Shown: positions 1 to 10,633 of the stretch, piece by piece
Layout: every line of letters starts with the position of its first letter
Numbering within the stretch: position 1 is the stretch's first letter
Assembly (NCBI GenBank): GCA_002310035.1
Contig: DBYC01000051.1
Coordinates: 1 to 54,666 of the forward strand
Source: a bacterium UBP6_UBA1196
GTDB lineage: Bacteria; UBP6; UBA1177
Direction of reading: 5' to 3'
Length of the DNA: 54,666 nucleotides
Program-made: the position numbers and the translations under genes
The notes under the pieces: generated by a model
Told to the model about the DNA's origin: nothing
Database searches by the model: none
The model's input: only the letters and a program-made list of their open reading frames with translations

Positions 1-111
1 ATCGAAGTAACCCTTATCCAGCCCATTGCGATGGACGAGCAGCTTCGTTTCGCGATCAGAGAGGGCGGAAGAACGGTTGGTTCAGGTGTCGTTTCTAAGA
101 TAATCGAATAG
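1..111 (+). CDS. tuf: Elongation factor Tu, C-terminal end (5' part lies outside the window)
   Basis: Frame +1 is open from the window edge and reads [36 protein letters not shown], a typical EF-Tu domain-3 C-terminus. It lies directly upstream of rpsJ. Confidence 0.9.
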   Translation: MEVTLIQPIAMDEQLRFAIREGGRTVGSGVVSKIIE

Positions 112-129
112 TAAAATAGAGGTGTTGAA

Positions 130-438
130 GTGAGTGACAAAATCAGAATAAAGTTAAAGGCATTCGATCACAAGATTCTTGATCAGTCCGTAAGCGAGAT
201 CATTGATACAGTATCTCACAGCGGTGCCAAGATTGCTGGTCCTATACCACTTCCAACTAAGATTCACAAATATTGCGTACTTCGTTCTCCCCACGTAGAT
301 AAGAAGTCGCGTGAACAGTTTGAAATGAGGATTCACAGAAGGATCCTCGACATACTTAACCCGACAGGGCAGACAATGGATGAACTTATGAAGACAGACT
401 TGTCCGCCGGAGTAGAGATAGAGATTAAAACTTACTAA
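130..438 (+). CDS. rpsJ: 30S ribosomal protein S10
   Basis: 102 aa, [17 protein letters not shown]...PLPTK...[14 protein letters not shown], a canonical S10. GTG start. First gene of the S10 operon. Confidence 0.97.
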   Translation: MSDKIRIKLKAFDHKILDQSVSEIIDTVSHSGAKIAGPIPLPTKIHKYCVLRSPHVDKKSREQFEMRIHRRILDILNPTGQTMDELMKTDLSAGVEIEIKTY

Positions 439-476
439 ATTCGTTAATTTTTTTATATAAAGCAGAGAGGAAAACT

Positions 477-1097
477 ATGGCTGCTGGACTTATTGGAAGA
501 AAAATCGGTATGACACAGATCTTCAGAGAGGACGGTGTTGTTTTGCCCGTAACCGTCATTGAAGCTGGTCCATGCTACGTAATTCAGAAAAAACAAATAG
601 AAAAAGATGGCTACACTGCCATTCAGGTTGGCTTCGAGAAGAAGGAAAAGAACATCAAAAGACCGGCTGCAGGCCACTTCAAGGCTGCAGGTCAGGGCGT
701 CTTCGGAAAGCTTAAGGAATTCAGAGTCTCCGAAACTGAGCTCGGCTCATTCGAACTCGGCTCAGAGCTTAACGTCACGATGTTCAAGGCTGGCGAAAAG
801 ATCAGAGTAACAGGATTCTCGAAAGGCAGAGGCTATGCGGGCGTTGTAAAGAGATGGGGTTTCGGCGGCGGTCGTGTGACACACGGTTCAAAGTTCCACA
901 GAAGGACCGGTTCTGTCGGTCAGAACGTCAACCCGGGCAAGATCTGGAAGGGCAAACACATGCCCGGCCGTTACGGCAACGAGCAGGTTACCGTAAAGAA
1001 TCTTGAGGTCGTAAGGGTTATTCCGTCGGATAACACAATTGTTGTCAAGGGTGCTGTTCCCGGTTCGATCGGCGGCATCGTTTACATTAAAAAGTAG
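477..1097 (+). CDS. rplC: 50S ribosomal protein L3
   Basis: 206 aa, GLIGRKIGMTQIF...GKGYAGVVKRWGF-like motif. Operon order matches. Confidence 0.97.
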   Translation: MAAGLIGRKIGMTQIFREDGVVLPVTVIEAGPCYVIQKKQIEKDGYTAIQVGFEKKEKNIKRPAAGHFKAAGQGVFGKLKEFRVSETELGSFELGSELNVTMFKAGEKIRVTGFSKGRGYAGVVKRWGFGGGRVTHGSKFHRRTGSVGQNVNPGKIWKGKHMPGRYGNEQVTVKNLEVVRVIPSDNTIVVKGAVPGSIGGIVYIKK

Positions 1098-1108
1098 GGG
1101 AGGCGAAG

Positions 1109-1798
1109 ATGCCTATTGTTGAATTATTTGACAAAACGAAAAACAAAGTCGGTCAGATCGAGCTCAGCGATCGCGTTTTCGGCGTAACAGCCGATGCGAA
1201 AAAGGAGCAGCTCGTATCCGAGGTCGTAAAGATGCAGGCAGCTGCAGTGAGACAAGGCACTCACTCCACGAAAACATATGCAACAATTTCGGGTGGAAAC
1301 TCAAAGCCTTGGAAACAAAAAGGAACAGGCAGAGCAAGAAGAGGAACGATGAGAGCCTCCACGCTCAGAGGCGGAGCACCGGCATTCGGTCCGCAGCCCA
1401 GAAGCTATGCTTACACCCTTCCGCTCAGAAAGAGAGCCGTTGCTTTGACAGCAGTTCTTTCGGAAAGACTTCAGTCGGGCAACCTTTTTGTCATCAAAGA
1501 TTTCAACTTCGACAGAATCAAAACCAAGGATGCAGTCGCTGTTCTCAAGAAGACCTGGGAGCTTCCGGAGGCGATCATCGTTGCCAATTCCGAGAGCGAA
1601 GGCAATTTCCTTTTCAGCATGAGCAACCTTCAGGAGTTTGCATTCCTCGATCAGAGCCTCATCAACGTTTACGACATCGTCGCTTACAAAAACATACTCT
1701 TCACCGAAGAGGCTGCAAAGTATGTCGACGACGTAATCCAGGAGAGACTTATGTCGAAGAAGAAAAGAAGAATTTTAGAGAAGAAGGATGGAGAGTAG
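1109..1798 (+). CDS. rplD: 50S ribosomal protein L4
   Basis: 229 aa with the KPWKQKGTGRAR motif. Follows rplC. Confidence 0.95.
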   Translation: MPIVELFDKTKNKVGQIELSDRVFGVTADAKKEQLVSEVVKMQAAAVRQGTHSTKTYATISGGNSKPWKQKGTGRARRGTMRASTLRGGAPAFGPQPRSYAYTLPLRKRAVALTAVLSERLQSGNLFVIKDFNFDRIKTKDAVAVLKKTWELPEAIIVANSESEGNFLFSMSNLQEFAFLDQSLINVYDIVAYKNILFTEEAAKYVDDVIQERLMSKKKRRILEKKDGE

Positions 1799-1802
1799 GA
1801 TA

Positions 1803-2105
1803 ATGAAAAGAGAAAAACATTTTGACATTATCAAACGTCCGCTTTTGACAGAAAAATCCTCCGCGTTGACATCCGGCAATGCAGACGAGGGATATGCTTT
1901 CGAAGTAAAGCTCGATGCGACTAAGGGCGAGATCAAAGACGCCGTAGAGTCGATTTTCGGAGTTAAGGTCGTTAGCGTAAACACAGTTGTTGTCAGCGGA
2001 AAAGTTAAGAGAGTCGGCCGCATCCTCGGCAGAAGAAGCACTTGGAAAAAGGCTTACATCAAGCTCAAGGAAGGCGACAAAATCAGCCTTGTTGAAGGTG
2101 TTTAG
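1803..2105 (+). CDS. rplW: 50S ribosomal protein L23
   Basis: The ORF track starts at 1788. The ATG at 1803 gives MKREKHFDIIKRPLLTEKS..., a typical L23 N-terminus, just after the rplD stop. Confidence 0.93.
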   Translation: MKREKHFDIIKRPLLTEKSSALTSGNADEGYAFEVKLDATKGEIKDAVESIFGVKVVSVNTVVVSGKVKRVGRILGRRSTWKKAYIKLKEGDKISLVEGV

Positions 2106-2133
2106 TAATTTTTTATAGTTTCGGAGAACAATT

Positions 2134-2964
2134 ATGGGTATGAAAATTTTTAAACCGACTTCCAACGGTCGCAGGGACATGACCGGCAGCGACTTCGTTG
2201 AGATCACAAAGTCGAAGCCCGAGAAATCTCTGATTGAGCCAATCAGAAGGTCTGGTGGAAGAAACAACACCGGCAGGATCACATCCCGTTTCAGAGGCGG
2301 CGGCAACAAGAACATGTACCGCGTTATCGACTTCAAAAGAAACAAATTTGATGTTCCGGGCCGCGTAGCTTCCATCGAATACGACCCGAACAGAAATGCC
2401 AGAATCGCTCTGGTAAACTACGCTGACGGCGAAAAGAGATACATCATAGCTCCCGACAAGCTCGAAGTGAACGATGTTATTATTTCGGCAAGCGTAAAAG
2501 AGGCTGATATCAAGCCCGGAAACTCGATGAAGATTCGTTTTATCCCGGTAGGTACCTTCATTCACAACGTTGAACTGAAGATCGGAAAAGGCGGTCAGAT
2601 CGCAAGAGCGGCTGCAAGCGGCGTTCAGGTCCTCGGTAAAGAGGGAGACCACGCTACAGTCAGAATGCCCTCAGGCGAAATCAGGATCATTCACCTTGAA
2701 TGCAGAGCAACCGTCGGAACCGTCGGCAACCAGGAAATTTCGAACATAAAGCTCGGAAAGGCCGGTAAGAGCAGATGGGTAGGCAAACGTCCTCACAACC
2801 GCGGTGTCGTCATGAACCCGGTAGATCACCCGCACGGTGGCGGAGAAGGTAAGACATCTGGCGGTCGTCATCCTGTTACACCTTGGGGCAAGCCGACAAA
2901 AGGCTTCCGTACTCGCAGTAACAAGAGGACTGAGAAGTTCAGAATCAGGAGAAGAGGAAAATAA
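2134..2964 (+). CDS. rplB: 50S ribosomal protein L2
   Basis: 276 aa, KPTSNGRR...GGGNK..YR.IDFKR...[12 protein letters not shown], a canonical L2. Confidence 0.97.
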   Translation: MGMKIFKPTSNGRRDMTGSDFVEITKSKPEKSLIEPIRRSGGRNNTGRITSRFRGGGNKNMYRVIDFKRNKFDVPGRVASIEYDPNRNARIALVNYADGEKRYIIAPDKLEVNDVIISASVKEADIKPGNSMKIRFIPVGTFIHNVELKIGKGGQIARAAASGVQVLGKEGDHATVRMPSGEIRIIHLECRATVGTVGNQEISNIKLGKAGKSRWVGKRPHNRGVVMNPVDHPHGGGEGKTSGGRHPVTPWGKPTKGFRTRSNKRTEKFRIRRRGK

Positions 2965-2985
2965 CAGAGTAGATGGAGGATGTAA

Positions 2986-3255
2986 GTGGCTCGTTCAGTT
3001 AAAAAAGGTCCATTTGTTGACGCTCATGTATGGAGCAAGGTAGTTAAGGCTATTGACAGCGGCGATAAAAAACCGCTTAAAACTTGGTCCAGAAGATCTA
3101 CGATAGTTCCGGAAATGGTAGGGCTTACCTTTTCAGTTTATAACGGACAAAAATTTATCCCTGTTTTTATAACTGAGGATATGGTCGGTTTTAAACTCGG
3201 CGAGTTCTCTCCAACAAGGACTTTCAGAGCACATGGCGGTGGTGGCAAGAAATAA
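2986..3255 (+). CDS. rpsS: 30S ribosomal protein S19
   Basis: 89 aa, [11 protein letters not shown]...[33 protein letters not shown] start. Confidence 0.97.
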   Translation: MARSVKKGPFVDAHVWSKVVKAIDSGDKKPLKTWSRRSTIVPEMVGLTFSVYNGQKFIPVFITEDMVGFKLGEFSPTRTFRAHGGGGKK

Positions 3256-3269
3256 TTTCTTGCTTTTTG
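3245..3269 (+). terminator. Hairpin (GCAAGAA/TTCTTGC) spanning the rpsS stop codon, followed by TTTTTGT. Possible intra-operon attenuator or partial terminator.
   Basis: Inverted repeat gcaagaaATAATttcttgc plus a T-run, read directly. It sits in an unusually long 74-nt rpsS-rplV gap, which also holds the 10-nt palindrome GAGTATACTC at 3279-3288. Confidence 0.3.
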
Positions 3270-3329
3270 TTAGACTGTGAGTATACTCGCGGTCGCTAAA
3301 TTTTTTAAGTAGTTTTTTGGAGATGCGAT

Positions 3330-3683
3330 ATGGAGACGAAAGTCGTCAGAGCAAAGCTTAAAAATTTCAGGATGTCCCCTCAGAAGGTCAGGGAGCTTGC
3401 CGATGTAGTAAGAGGCAAACGCGTTGACATCGCGAAGAACATTCTTGAATTTACACCGAGAAAATCGGCGGTAGCTTTAAAAAAGTTGCTTGATTCAGCA
3501 ATTGCAAACGCTGAGAACAATTCTCAGATGGATTCGGACAACCTTTTTGTCAAGGCAATCATGGTAGATGAGGCACCTGTTATGAAAAGATTCGTTCCGA
3601 GAGCTCAGGGAAGAGCTGCGAAGATTCTGAAAAGGTCCAGCCACGTTACAATTGAACTTGCTGAAAACACAAAGGAAAACTAG
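3330..3683 (+). CDS. rplV: 50S ribosomal protein L22
   Basis: 117 aa, ...RMSPQKVRELADVVRGK...AEN. Operon position matches. Confidence 0.95.
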   Translation: METKVVRAKLKNFRMSPQKVRELADVVRGKRVDIAKNILEFTPRKSAVALKKLLDSAIANAENNSQMDSDNLFVKAIMVDEAPVMKRFVPRAQGRAAKILKRSSHVTIELAENTKEN

Positions 3684-3693
3684 GAGGTGAACT

Positions 3694-4368
3694 TTGGGAC
3701 AAAAGGTTAATCCTATAGGACTGAGACTCGGGGTAACCCGTACTTGGGAATCCGTTTGGTACAGCCACAAAAATTACTGCAAGTGGCTTCATGAAGATCT
3801 CAAGATCAGAAAGATTATAAAGAAGGAATTCTATGCGGCTGCTATTGCCAGAATCGACATCGAAAGATCCGGTGAGAGAGTAAAGGTCGTTATCCACACG
3901 GCTAAACCCGGTGTCGTTGTAGGAAAGAAGGGCAGCGGTATCGAGAAAATCAAGGGCATGGTTCTTAAGGTCGCGAAGGACGCTTCCGATGTCTATGTTA
4001 CTGCGGAAGAGGTCAGAAAGCCCGAAATCAATGCTCAGCTTGTAAGCGAAAGCATCGCCGAGCAGCTTGAAAAGAGAGCTCACTTCAGAAAGGCAATGAA
4101 GCGTGCTATAGGTCAGGCTATGAAGGGCGGCGCAGAAGGAATAAAGGTTCAGACTTCAGGAAGACTCGGCGGCGCAGAAATTGCAAGGACCGAGAGGTAT
4201 CAGGAGGGCAGAACGCCTCTTCATACTCTGAGAGCAAACATCGATTACGGTTTTGCAACGGCACACACCAGCTACGGCGTTATCGGAGTAAAGGTTTGGC
4301 TCTCCAAAGGTGATATCACCGAAAAGAAGTCCGACTTTAGAAAGAAACAACCAAGAAATAGTAAATAG
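3694..4368 (+). CDS. rpsC: 30S ribosomal protein S3
   Basis: 224 aa, [12 protein letters not shown]....W.S.W. KH domain [12 protein letters not shown] start after AGGAGG. Confidence 0.97.
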   Translation: MGQKVNPIGLRLGVTRTWESVWYSHKNYCKWLHEDLKIRKIIKKEFYAAAIARIDIERSGERVKVVIHTAKPGVVVGKKGSGIEKIKGMVLKVAKDASDVYVTAEEVRKPEINAQLVSESIAEQLEKRAHFRKAMKRAIGQAMKGGAEGIKVQTSGRLGGAEIARTERYQEGRTPLHTLRANIDYGFATAHTSYGVIGVKVWLSKGDITEKKSDFRKKQPRNSK

Positions 4369-4381
4369 CAGGTAATTTGCC

Positions 4382-4801
4382 ATGTTAATGCCGAACAAAG
4401 TTAAACACAGAAAGACGATGAAGGGCAAGCGTACAGGCTTGGCTACTTCATGCAATAGTATCGATTACGGTGAGTATGCTCTTAAGGCGACCGAATGTGG
4501 TTGGATTAACAGCAGACAAATCGAAGCTGCCCGTGTTGCGATCATGAGGGCGGTAAAGAGAGGCGGTCGTATGTGGATCCGTATTTTCCCGGATAAACCG
4601 ATCACGAAGAAGCCTCTTGAGGTCAGAATGGGTAAGGGAAAAGGAAACCCCGAGGAGTGGGTTTGCGTCATTAAACCGGGCAGAATTCTTTTCGAACTCG
4701 GCGACGTTGAAGGTGAGGTTGCAGACGAGGCTTTCCGCCTTGCTTCCCACAAACTTCCTATCAAAACAAAAATTATCGGAAAGGGGGATGAACTGAGATG
4801 A
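4382..4801 (+). CDS. rplP: 50S ribosomal protein L16
   Basis: 139 aa, [11 protein letters not shown]...[34 protein letters not shown]. Confidence 0.97.
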   Translation: MLMPNKVKHRKTMKGKRTGLATSCNSIDYGEYALKATECGWINSRQIEAARVAIMRAVKRGGRMWIRIFPDKPITKKPLEVRMGKGKGNPEEWVCVIKPGRILFELGDVEGEVADEAFRLASHKLPIKTKIIGKGDELR

Positions 4802-5001
4802 AAATTTCTGAATTGAGAGCAAAGACAGTGGCTGAACTTGAAGAGCAGCTTATCAATGCCAAAGAGGAGCAGTTCAACCTTAGAATGCAGAGATCGATGG
4901 GTCAGCTTGAGAATCCTTCACGTATCCGTACGGTCAGAAGAGATATCGCAAAGATCAAGACCCTTATAACCGAAAAGAAGAATGCGGTTGAGGTGAAGTA
5001 A
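4798..5001 (+). CDS. rpmC: 50S ribosomal protein L29
   Basis: 67 aa, [14 protein letters not shown]...EQFNLRMQ. 4-nt overlap with rplP. Confidence 0.95.
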   Translation: MKISELRAKTVAELEEQLINAKEEQFNLRMQRSMGQLENPSRIRTVRRDIAKIKTLITEKKNAVEVK

Positions 5002-5258
5002 TGGCATTTAAATCAAAAAGAACACTTGTCGGAACAGTTGTTTCCGATGCCATGGATAAAACGGTTTCCGTACAGGTAACGAGACGTTTTAAACATGCTT
5101 TGTACAAAAAGATGGTCACAGCGCGCAAAAAATATCTGGCTCATGATGAGAAGAACGAATACAAACAGGGCGATATCGTCAGGATCCAGGAGTGTGCTCC
5201 GATCAGCAAAAGAAAAAATTGGTTTGTAAAAGAAAAAATTGGCGAGAGCAGGAGTTAA
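5001..5258 (+). CDS. rpsQ: 30S ribosomal protein S17
   Basis: 85 aa, KRTLVGTVVSDAMDKTVSVQV.R...H.LYKK...KKY.AHDE. Confidence 0.96.
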   Translation: MAFKSKRTLVGTVVSDAMDKTVSVQVTRRFKHALYKKMVTARKKYLAHDEKNEYKQGDIVRIQECAPISKRKNWFVKEKIGESRS

Positions 5259-5261
5259 ACC

Positions 5262-5630
5262 ATGATACAGGAGATGACAAGATTGGCTGTTGCCGATAAT
5301 TCGGGAGCAAAAGAGGTTCAGTGTGTCAAGGTTTACGGCGGTTCCAAAATCAGATACGCCGGTGTAGGCGATGTTATCGTAGTCGCAGTCAAAATGGCTG
5401 AACCCAAGGGAAAAATCAAAAAGGGCGATGTCAAGAAGGCTGTTATCGTTCGTCAGAGCAAGGAAGTCAGAAGAAGCGACGGTTCCTATATCCGTTTTGA
5501 CGACAATGCAGTCGTTATGATTGACGACAGCTACGAGCCTGTTGGAACACGTGTTTTCGGGCCTGTTGCAAGAGAGCTTCGCGCAAAGGGCTTCATGAAG
5601 ATCGTTTCTCTTGCTACTGAAGTTTTATAA
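5262..5630 (+). CDS. rplN: 50S ribosomal protein L14
   Basis: 122 aa, [26 protein letters not shown].... Confidence 0.97.
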   Translation: MIQEMTRLAVADNSGAKEVQCVKVYGGSKIRYAGVGDVIVVAVKMAEPKGKIKKGDVKKAVIVRQSKEVRRSDGSYIRFDDNAVVMIDDSYEPVGTRVFGPVARELRAKGFMKIVSLATEVL

Positions 5631-5641
5631 GAGGTGCTTTT

Positions 5642-5953
5642 ATGGCAAACATTAAAAAGAATGATATGGTAAAAGTTATTGCCGGAAAGGATAAGGGCAA
5701 GACCGGAAAGGTCCTTGAAGTTCTTGTCGCAGAAAACAAGGTCGTTGTTGAGGGTGTGAATGTCTACAAGAAACACCAGAAACAGACTCAGACAAAAGAG
5801 GCCGGAATCGTTGACAAGAGTATGCCGATTCATATTTCGAACGTCGTTGCGCTTGATCCCAAAACGAACGAGCCGACCAGATTTGTTATGAAGACGCTTG
5901 AAGACGGCAAAAGAGTCAGAGTCAGCAAGAAGACCGGCGAAACTATCGACTAA
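5642..5953 (+). CDS. rplX: 50S ribosomal protein L24
   Basis: 103 aa, [21 protein letters not shown] (KOW motif). Confidence 0.96.
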   Translation: MANIKKNDMVKVIAGKDKGKTGKVLEVLVAENKVVVEGVNVYKKHQKQTQTKEAGIVDKSMPIHISNVVALDPKTNEPTRFVMKTLEDGKRVRVSKKTGETID

Positions 5954-6519
5954 TGGGGAGAGGAATGAAAGAAGAGAAATACAAAAGCAGGCTCAGAACG
6001 GTTTATGAGAACGAAATTAAGCCGGCTTTGAAAGAGGAATTGAACGTCGGTGTTATGGCAGTTCCGAAAATCGAGAAGATCGTTGTCAACATGGGTGTCG
6101 GCGAAGCTATCTCAAACAAAAAGGTTCTTGAGGATGCTCACAAAGAGCTTATGGCTATCACCGGTCAGAAGCCGGTTATCAACAAGGCAAGAAAGTCAAT
6201 CGCTACCTTCAAGCTCAGAGAGGGAATGGCAATCGGAACATCAGTTACCCTTCGTAAGGATATGATGTACGATTTCCTTGATCACCTCATCAACATCGCG
6301 CTGCCGCGTGTTAAGGACTTCAAGGGCGTTTCCGGCAAAGGCTTCGACGGAAGAGGAAACTACACACTCGGAATCAAAGAGTTCTTCATTTTCCCGGAAA
6401 TCGATTTCAACAAGGTCGAGAAACCGAAGGGCTTCAACATCACGATAGTTACAACAGCAAAGAACGATAAGGATGCAAAGCTTCTTCTCAAGAAGTTCAA
6501 CATGCCTTTTAACAGTTAG
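5953..6519 (+). CDS. rplE: 50S ribosomal protein L5
   Basis: 188 aa, ...[14 protein letters not shown]...AITGQKPV...ARKSIA.FKLREGM.IG. An alternative start at 5965 is possible. Confidence 0.96.
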   Translation: MGRGMKEEKYKSRLRTVYENEIKPALKEELNVGVMAVPKIEKIVVNMGVGEAISNKKVLEDAHKELMAITGQKPVINKARKSIATFKLREGMAIGTSVTLRKDMMYDFLDHLINIALPRVKDFKGVSGKGFDGRGNYTLGIKEFFIFPEIDFNKVEKPKGFNITIVTTAKNDKDAKLLLKKFNMPFNS

Positions 6520-6536
6520 TAAAGTGGGAGGAATTC

Positions 6537-6722
6537 TTGGCTAAGAAAAGTATTCGTTTAAAAGCAGAAAGAAAACCGAAATTCAAGGTTAGGGCCTACA
6601 CGAGATGCCCTCTTTGCGGTAGACCGAAAGCTGTTTTTAAAAAGTTCAATATGTGTAGGTTATGTTTCAGAAAACTTGCGAACGAGGGTCTGATTCCCGG
6701 CGTTACGAAGTCAAGTTGGTAA
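6537..6722 (+). CDS. rpsN: 30S ribosomal protein S14, zinc-binding type Z
   Basis: 61 aa, CPLCGRP...CRLCFR (CxxC...CxxC) ...GVTKSSW. TTG start after GGGAGG. Confidence 0.95.
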   Translation: MAKKSIRLKAERKPKFKVRAYTRCPLCGRPKAVFKKFNMCRLCFRKLANEGLIPGVTKSSW

Positions 6723-6734
6723 AAGAGGTGTGTC

Positions 6735-7133
6735 ATGTCAATGAATGATTTAGTTTCCAACTATCTTACGAGAGTCAGAAATGCCATTCTTGCAGGCAAA
6801 GAGAGTGTTTCGAACATTCCTTCGTCGAAGATTGTCGAAGAGATCTCAAGAGTGTTGAAAGAGGAAGGATATATCAGAGACTTCATGGTTTCGGATCACG
6901 ACGGCAAGAAGTCGATCTCCGTTGACCTTAAGTATTATCGCAACAAAAACGTTATTTCCAACATCGAGAGAGTCAGCTCGGCCGGCAGAAGAGTCTATTC
7001 GCAGGCTAACGAAATCCCGTTTGTCCGTGAAGGTCTCGGAATTTTGATCGTAACAACCTCAAAGGGCGTTATGACCGATGCAAAGGCAAGAGAGCTCAAC
7101 GTCGGCGGCGAGATTATCTGTAGAGTTTGGTAA
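6735..7133 (+). CDS. rpsH: 30S ribosomal protein S8
   Basis: 132 aa, D..SNYLTRVRNA.....VS.PSSK...EI..VLKEEGYI.DF. Confidence 0.96.
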   Translation: MSMNDLVSNYLTRVRNAILAGKESVSNIPSSKIVEEISRVLKEEGYIRDFMVSDHDGKKSISVDLKYYRNKNVISNIERVSSAGRRVYSQANEIPFVREGLGILIVTTSKGVMTDAKARELNVGGEIICRVW

Positions 7134-7147
7134 CGAGGAGGATTGAA

Positions 7148-7690
7148 GTGTCAAGAATAGGAAAAATGCCTATCACATTGGGCGACAAAGTGAAGGTTAC
7201 AGTAAAGGACAACCTGATCACAGTTCAGGGTCCCAAGGGAACATTGGAGAGAACCATTCACCCTGCAGTCAGTGTCGAGATCGACGGTTCGGTCCTGCAC
7301 GTTACCAGAAAGAATGACGAAGCTGAATCGAAGGCGCTGCACGGTCTTTACAGAGTTCTTATCAACAATATGGTCACCGGCGTTACCACAGGCTTCTCAA
7401 AGACGCTTGAAGTCAAAGGTACAGGCTACAAATTTGATATGAAGGGTGACAAAATTGAATTTTCTTTAGGTTTTTCTCATCCGGTAGTGATGGCATTACC
7501 TAAGGGGATTTCGGCAGAAGTTAGTAAAACCGGTCTTGAAATTACGATCACGTCGGCAGACAAGGAGCTTCTCGGCGATTTCGCTGCGAAGGTCAAGGCT
7601 CTTCGTCCGGTCGAACCCTACAAAGGAAAAGGTGTTTTCTATAAGGGTCAGACCATCAGAAGAAAAGCTGGTAAGGCTGCAGGCAAGTAA
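7148..7690 (+). CDS. rplF: 50S ribosomal protein L6
   Basis: The ORF track starts at 7127. The GTG at 7148, preceded by GAGGAGG, gives (M)SRIGKMPI..., the canonical L6 N-terminus. Confidence 0.95.
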   Translation: MSRIGKMPITLGDKVKVTVKDNLITVQGPKGTLERTIHPAVSVEIDGSVLHVTRKNDEAESKALHGLYRVLINNMVTGVTTGFSKTLEVKGTGYKFDMKGDKIEFSLGFSHPVVMALPKGISAEVSKTGLEITITSADKELLGDFAAKVKALRPVEPYKGKGVFYKGQTIRRKAGKAAGK

Positions 7691-7701
7691 CGGAGGATAA
7701 C

Positions 7702-8061
7702 ATGAGACCAGATATTAAGAGAAAAAGAAGAATCAGAAGAAAAGCTGCTATCAGAAAAAGAATCTTTGGGAATCCCGAAGCTCCGAGACTTTCTGTTTTC
7801 AAAAGCAACAAACACATCTATGCACAGGTAATCGACGATGTAGCAAGGATCACACTGGTTTCTGCATCATCCGACGAGAAGGGTTTTGTAAAGCCCGAGG
7901 GTGATAAGAAAGCTGTTGCGAAGAAGGTCGGTGAACTTGTTGCTGTAAGATGCAAGGAGAAGGGAGTAGAGGCCGTTGTTTTTGACAGAAACGGTTATCC
8001 TTTCCACGGCAGAGTTAAGGCACTTGCCGAGGCTGCAAGAGAAAATGGATTAAATTTCTAA
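7702..8061 (+). CDS. rplR: 50S ribosomal protein L18
   Basis: 119 aa, ...[19 protein letters not shown]... [22 protein letters not shown]. Confidence 0.96.
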   Translation: MRPDIKRKRRIRRKAAIRKRIFGNPEAPRLSVFKSNKHIYAQVIDDVARITLVSASSDEKGFVKPEGDKKAVAKKVGELVAVRCKEKGVEAVVFDRNGYPFHGRVKALAEAARENGLNF

Positions 8062-8076
8062 GGTTTGGGAGTCATT

Positions 8077-8601
8077 ATGAAAGATACAAATAAGCCGTTG
8101 AATTTGGAAACAAATGAATTAAGCGAAAAGCTGGTTTACGTCAACAGAGTTGCAAAGGTCGTAAAAGGCGGTAAAAATTTCAGCTTTGCTGCACTTATGG
8201 TTGTCGGCGACGGCAACGGTGCGGTCGGCATCGGACTTGGAAAGGCGAGAGAGGTTCCCGAGGCAATCAGAAAGGGTGTTGCCAGAGCGAAGAAAAATAT
8301 CAGACAGATCAACCTTCTTCGCGGAACGGTTCCGCACGAGATTACCGGTGAATACGGTGCAGGAAAGGTTATCCTTCGTCCGGCATCGGTAGGTACCGGA
8401 GTTATCGCAGGATCTGCAGTCAGAGCAGTTTTAGAGGCTGCGGGCGTAACCGACATTCTCTCGAAGAGTATTGGTTCCAACAATCCTCACAACATGGCAA
8501 AGGCAACCTTGAACGCTCTTCTCAACGTCGAGGGTCTTGAAAGTGTTGAGGCTAAGAGAAACGTTGGTGTTAAAGATTATCAGTTGAAGGAAAAGGAGTA
8601 G
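8077..8601 (+). CDS. rpsE: 30S ribosomal protein S5
   Basis: [35 protein letters not shown]. The ATG at 8077 has a GGGAG RBS; the ORF track starts at a TTG at 8065. Confidence 0.95.
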   Translation: MKDTNKPLNLETNELSEKLVYVNRVAKVVKGGKNFSFAALMVVGDGNGAVGIGLGKAREVPEAIRKGVARAKKNIRQINLLRGTVPHEITGEYGAGKVILRPASVGTGVIAGSAVRAVLEAAGVTDILSKSIGSNNPHNMAKATLNALLNVEGLESVEAKRNVGVKDYQLKEKE

Positions 8602-8606
8602 CTATA

Positions 8607-9053
8607 ATGCAATTACACGAACTTAAAAAGCCTGAAGGTCTTAAAGCAAGAAAGAGACTTGGCCGCGGTAATGCAAGCGGTACCGGAAGTACTTCGGGTA
8701 AAGGTCACAAGGGTCAGAAGGCTCGCTCCGGCGGCGGCGTAAGAAGAGGCTTTGAGGGCGGTACGATGCCTTACAACAGACGTGTCCCGAAAAGAGGATT
8801 TTACAACAAATGGGCAAAGGATACCTGCGAAATCAATGTCAGATATCTTGAGCAGTTTGATGCCGACAAAGTTGTAGATCTTGATGTTCTTGCAGGTTGC
8901 GGTCTCTGCTCGAAGGGCGAGACTGTAAGAATTATCGGCAAGTTCGATCTTACAAAAGCACTTACTGTTAAGGCTCACAAATTTACAGCCGGAGCAAAGG
9001 AATCCATCGAAAAATGCGGCGGCAAAATAGAGGAGATAGGATTTGATAAGTAA
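8607..9053 (+). CDS. rplO: 50S ribosomal protein L15
   Basis: 148 aa, L.ELK.P.G....RKR.GRG..SG.G.TSGKGHKGQKARSGG. It follows rpsE after only 5 nt, so no rpmD (L30) lies between them. Confidence 0.96.
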   Translation: MQLHELKKPEGLKARKRLGRGNASGTGSTSGKGHKGQKARSGGGVRRGFEGGTMPYNRRVPKRGFYNKWAKDTCEINVRYLEQFDADKVVDLDVLAGCGLCSKGETVRIIGKFDLTKALTVKAHKFTAGAKESIEKCGGKIEEIGFDK

Positions 9054-10365
9054 GGTATTAAAAAATATTTTTAAGATTCCTGATTTAAGAGACAAGGTTA
9101 TCTTCACGCTTTTGATGCTCGGTGTTTACCGTCTCGGCATATTTGTTACGACTCCCGGTGTCAACCGTTCAGTTATGGAACAGATCATGTCGACGAAGTT
9201 TGACGGAACCCTGCTCGGACTTTTCAATATGTTCGGCGGCGGTGCGCTTGAAAACCTTTCGATTTTTGCACTCGGAATCATGCCTTACATCAGCTCGTCG
9301 ATTGTCATTTCGCTTCTTGCGGTCATTGTCCCGCAGATCGGCGAATGGCAGAAAGAGGGCGAACAGGGCTACAAAAAGATTACGCAGTGGACAAGATACG
9401 GAACGGTCATCCTCTGCATTGTGCAGGGATTTATGATGGCAAGATTCCTCGAGAGTCTTACCGGAAACGGCGGTGAAGTTGTCGTCAACAATCCTGGCTG
9501 GTTTTTCCGTGTCCTTACCGTTATCTGCCTGACTGCCGGCACACTCTTCCTGATGTGGCTCGGCGAACAAATCACCGACAGAGGTATCGGAAACGGCGTG
9601 TCGCTTATCATCTTTGCTTCGATCGTTGCACGTTTCCCGAGAATGTTCTTCGACATGGGCAAATACCTTAAAGAGGGTATGATGCAGCCGCATGATCTTG
9701 TTGTTTTTATCATCATCATGGTCGTGACGTTTGCTGCAATTGTCTATGTTGAAAGTTCGCAAAGACGTATCCCGATCCAGTATGCGCGCAGATCCGTCAA
9801 CGGAGGCGCGAAGCAGATTCAGAATTCGCACCTTCCTTTGAAAATCAACACATCGGGAGTTATTCCGCCGATTTTTGCAAGTGCATTGATCGTTTTCCCG
9901 GCAACGATTTCCAATTTCTTCGGAGTCGGAATGGGTTCGCTTCAGGCACTTCTGGCTCCCGGCGGATGGCTTTATAACCTCCTCTATTTGGCGCTTATTA
10001 TATTCTTCGCATTCTTCTACACATTCATTCAGTTCAAGACTGAAGATGTTGCGGACAATATCAACAAGCAAGGCGGTTATATCCCTGGAATCAGACCCGG
10101 AAAAGAGACTGTTGACTACATCAATCTCGTGCTTTCGAGAATTACTTTCGGTGGCGCGCTTTATCTGTCGGCAGTATGTATGCTTCCGGATCTCTTCAGA
10201 CACAGAATGAGCCTTCCGTTCTATATGGGCGGAACCTCCATTCTCATTGTGGTCGGCGTTGCAATGGATATGGCATCGCAGATCGAGAGCTACCTCATCA
10301 ACAACAACTATGAAGGCTTCTCTATCGGCAGCAAAGGCTCTCTCGTAAAGAGCAGAAGAGTCTGA
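9043..10365 (+). CDS. secY: Preprotein translocase subunit SecY
   Basis: 440 aa, multi-TM, with typical SecY motifs (GIMPYISSSI, LMWLGEQITDRGIGNGVSLIIF). Overlaps the rplO end. Confidence 0.97.
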   Translation: MISKVLKNIFKIPDLRDKVIFTLLMLGVYRLGIFVTTPGVNRSVMEQIMSTKFDGTLLGLFNMFGGGALENLSIFALGIMPYISSSIVISLLAVIVPQIGEWQKEGEQGYKKITQWTRYGTVILCIVQGFMMARFLESLTGNGGEVVVNNPGWFFRVLTVICLTAGTLFLMWLGEQITDRGIGNGVSLIIFASIVARFPRMFFDMGKYLKEGMMQPHDLVVFIIIMVVTFAAIVYVESSQRRIPIQYARRSVNGGAKQIQNSHLPLKINTSGVIPPIFASALIVFPATISNFFGVGMGSLQALLAPGGWLYNLLYLALIIFFAFFYTFIQFKTEDVADNINKQGGYIPGIRPGKETVDYINLVLSRITFGGALYLSAVCMLPDLFRHRMSLPFYMGGTSILIVVGVAMDMASQIESYLINNNYEGFSIGSKGSLVKSRRV

Positions 10366-10386
10366 ACGGTAAACTCAGGTGGATGA

Positions 10387-10620
10387 ATGAGCAAGGAAGA
10401 CGGAATAGTAGTTGAGGGAGTTATCGTCGATACGCTTCCGAACGCAATGTTCAGGGTTGAACTTGAAAACGGTCACAACGTATTGGCGCATATCTCCGGT
10501 AAGATGAGAAAGTGTTTTATAAGAATATTGCCGGGCGACAAGGTCCAGATCGAGCTTTCGCCTTATGATCTTTCGCGCGGCAGAATCATTCATAGAATGA
10601 AAAGTAACGCAGGCAATTAA
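10387..10620 (+). CDS. infA: Translation initiation factor IF-1
   Basis: 77 aa, [38 protein letters not shown]...[23 protein letters not shown]. Confidence 0.97.
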   Translation: MSKEDGIVVEGVIVDTLPNAMFRVELENGHNVLAHISGKMRKCFIRILPGDKVQIELSPYDLSRGRIIHRMKSNAGN

Positions 10621-10633
10621 AAAGGAGTGAACA

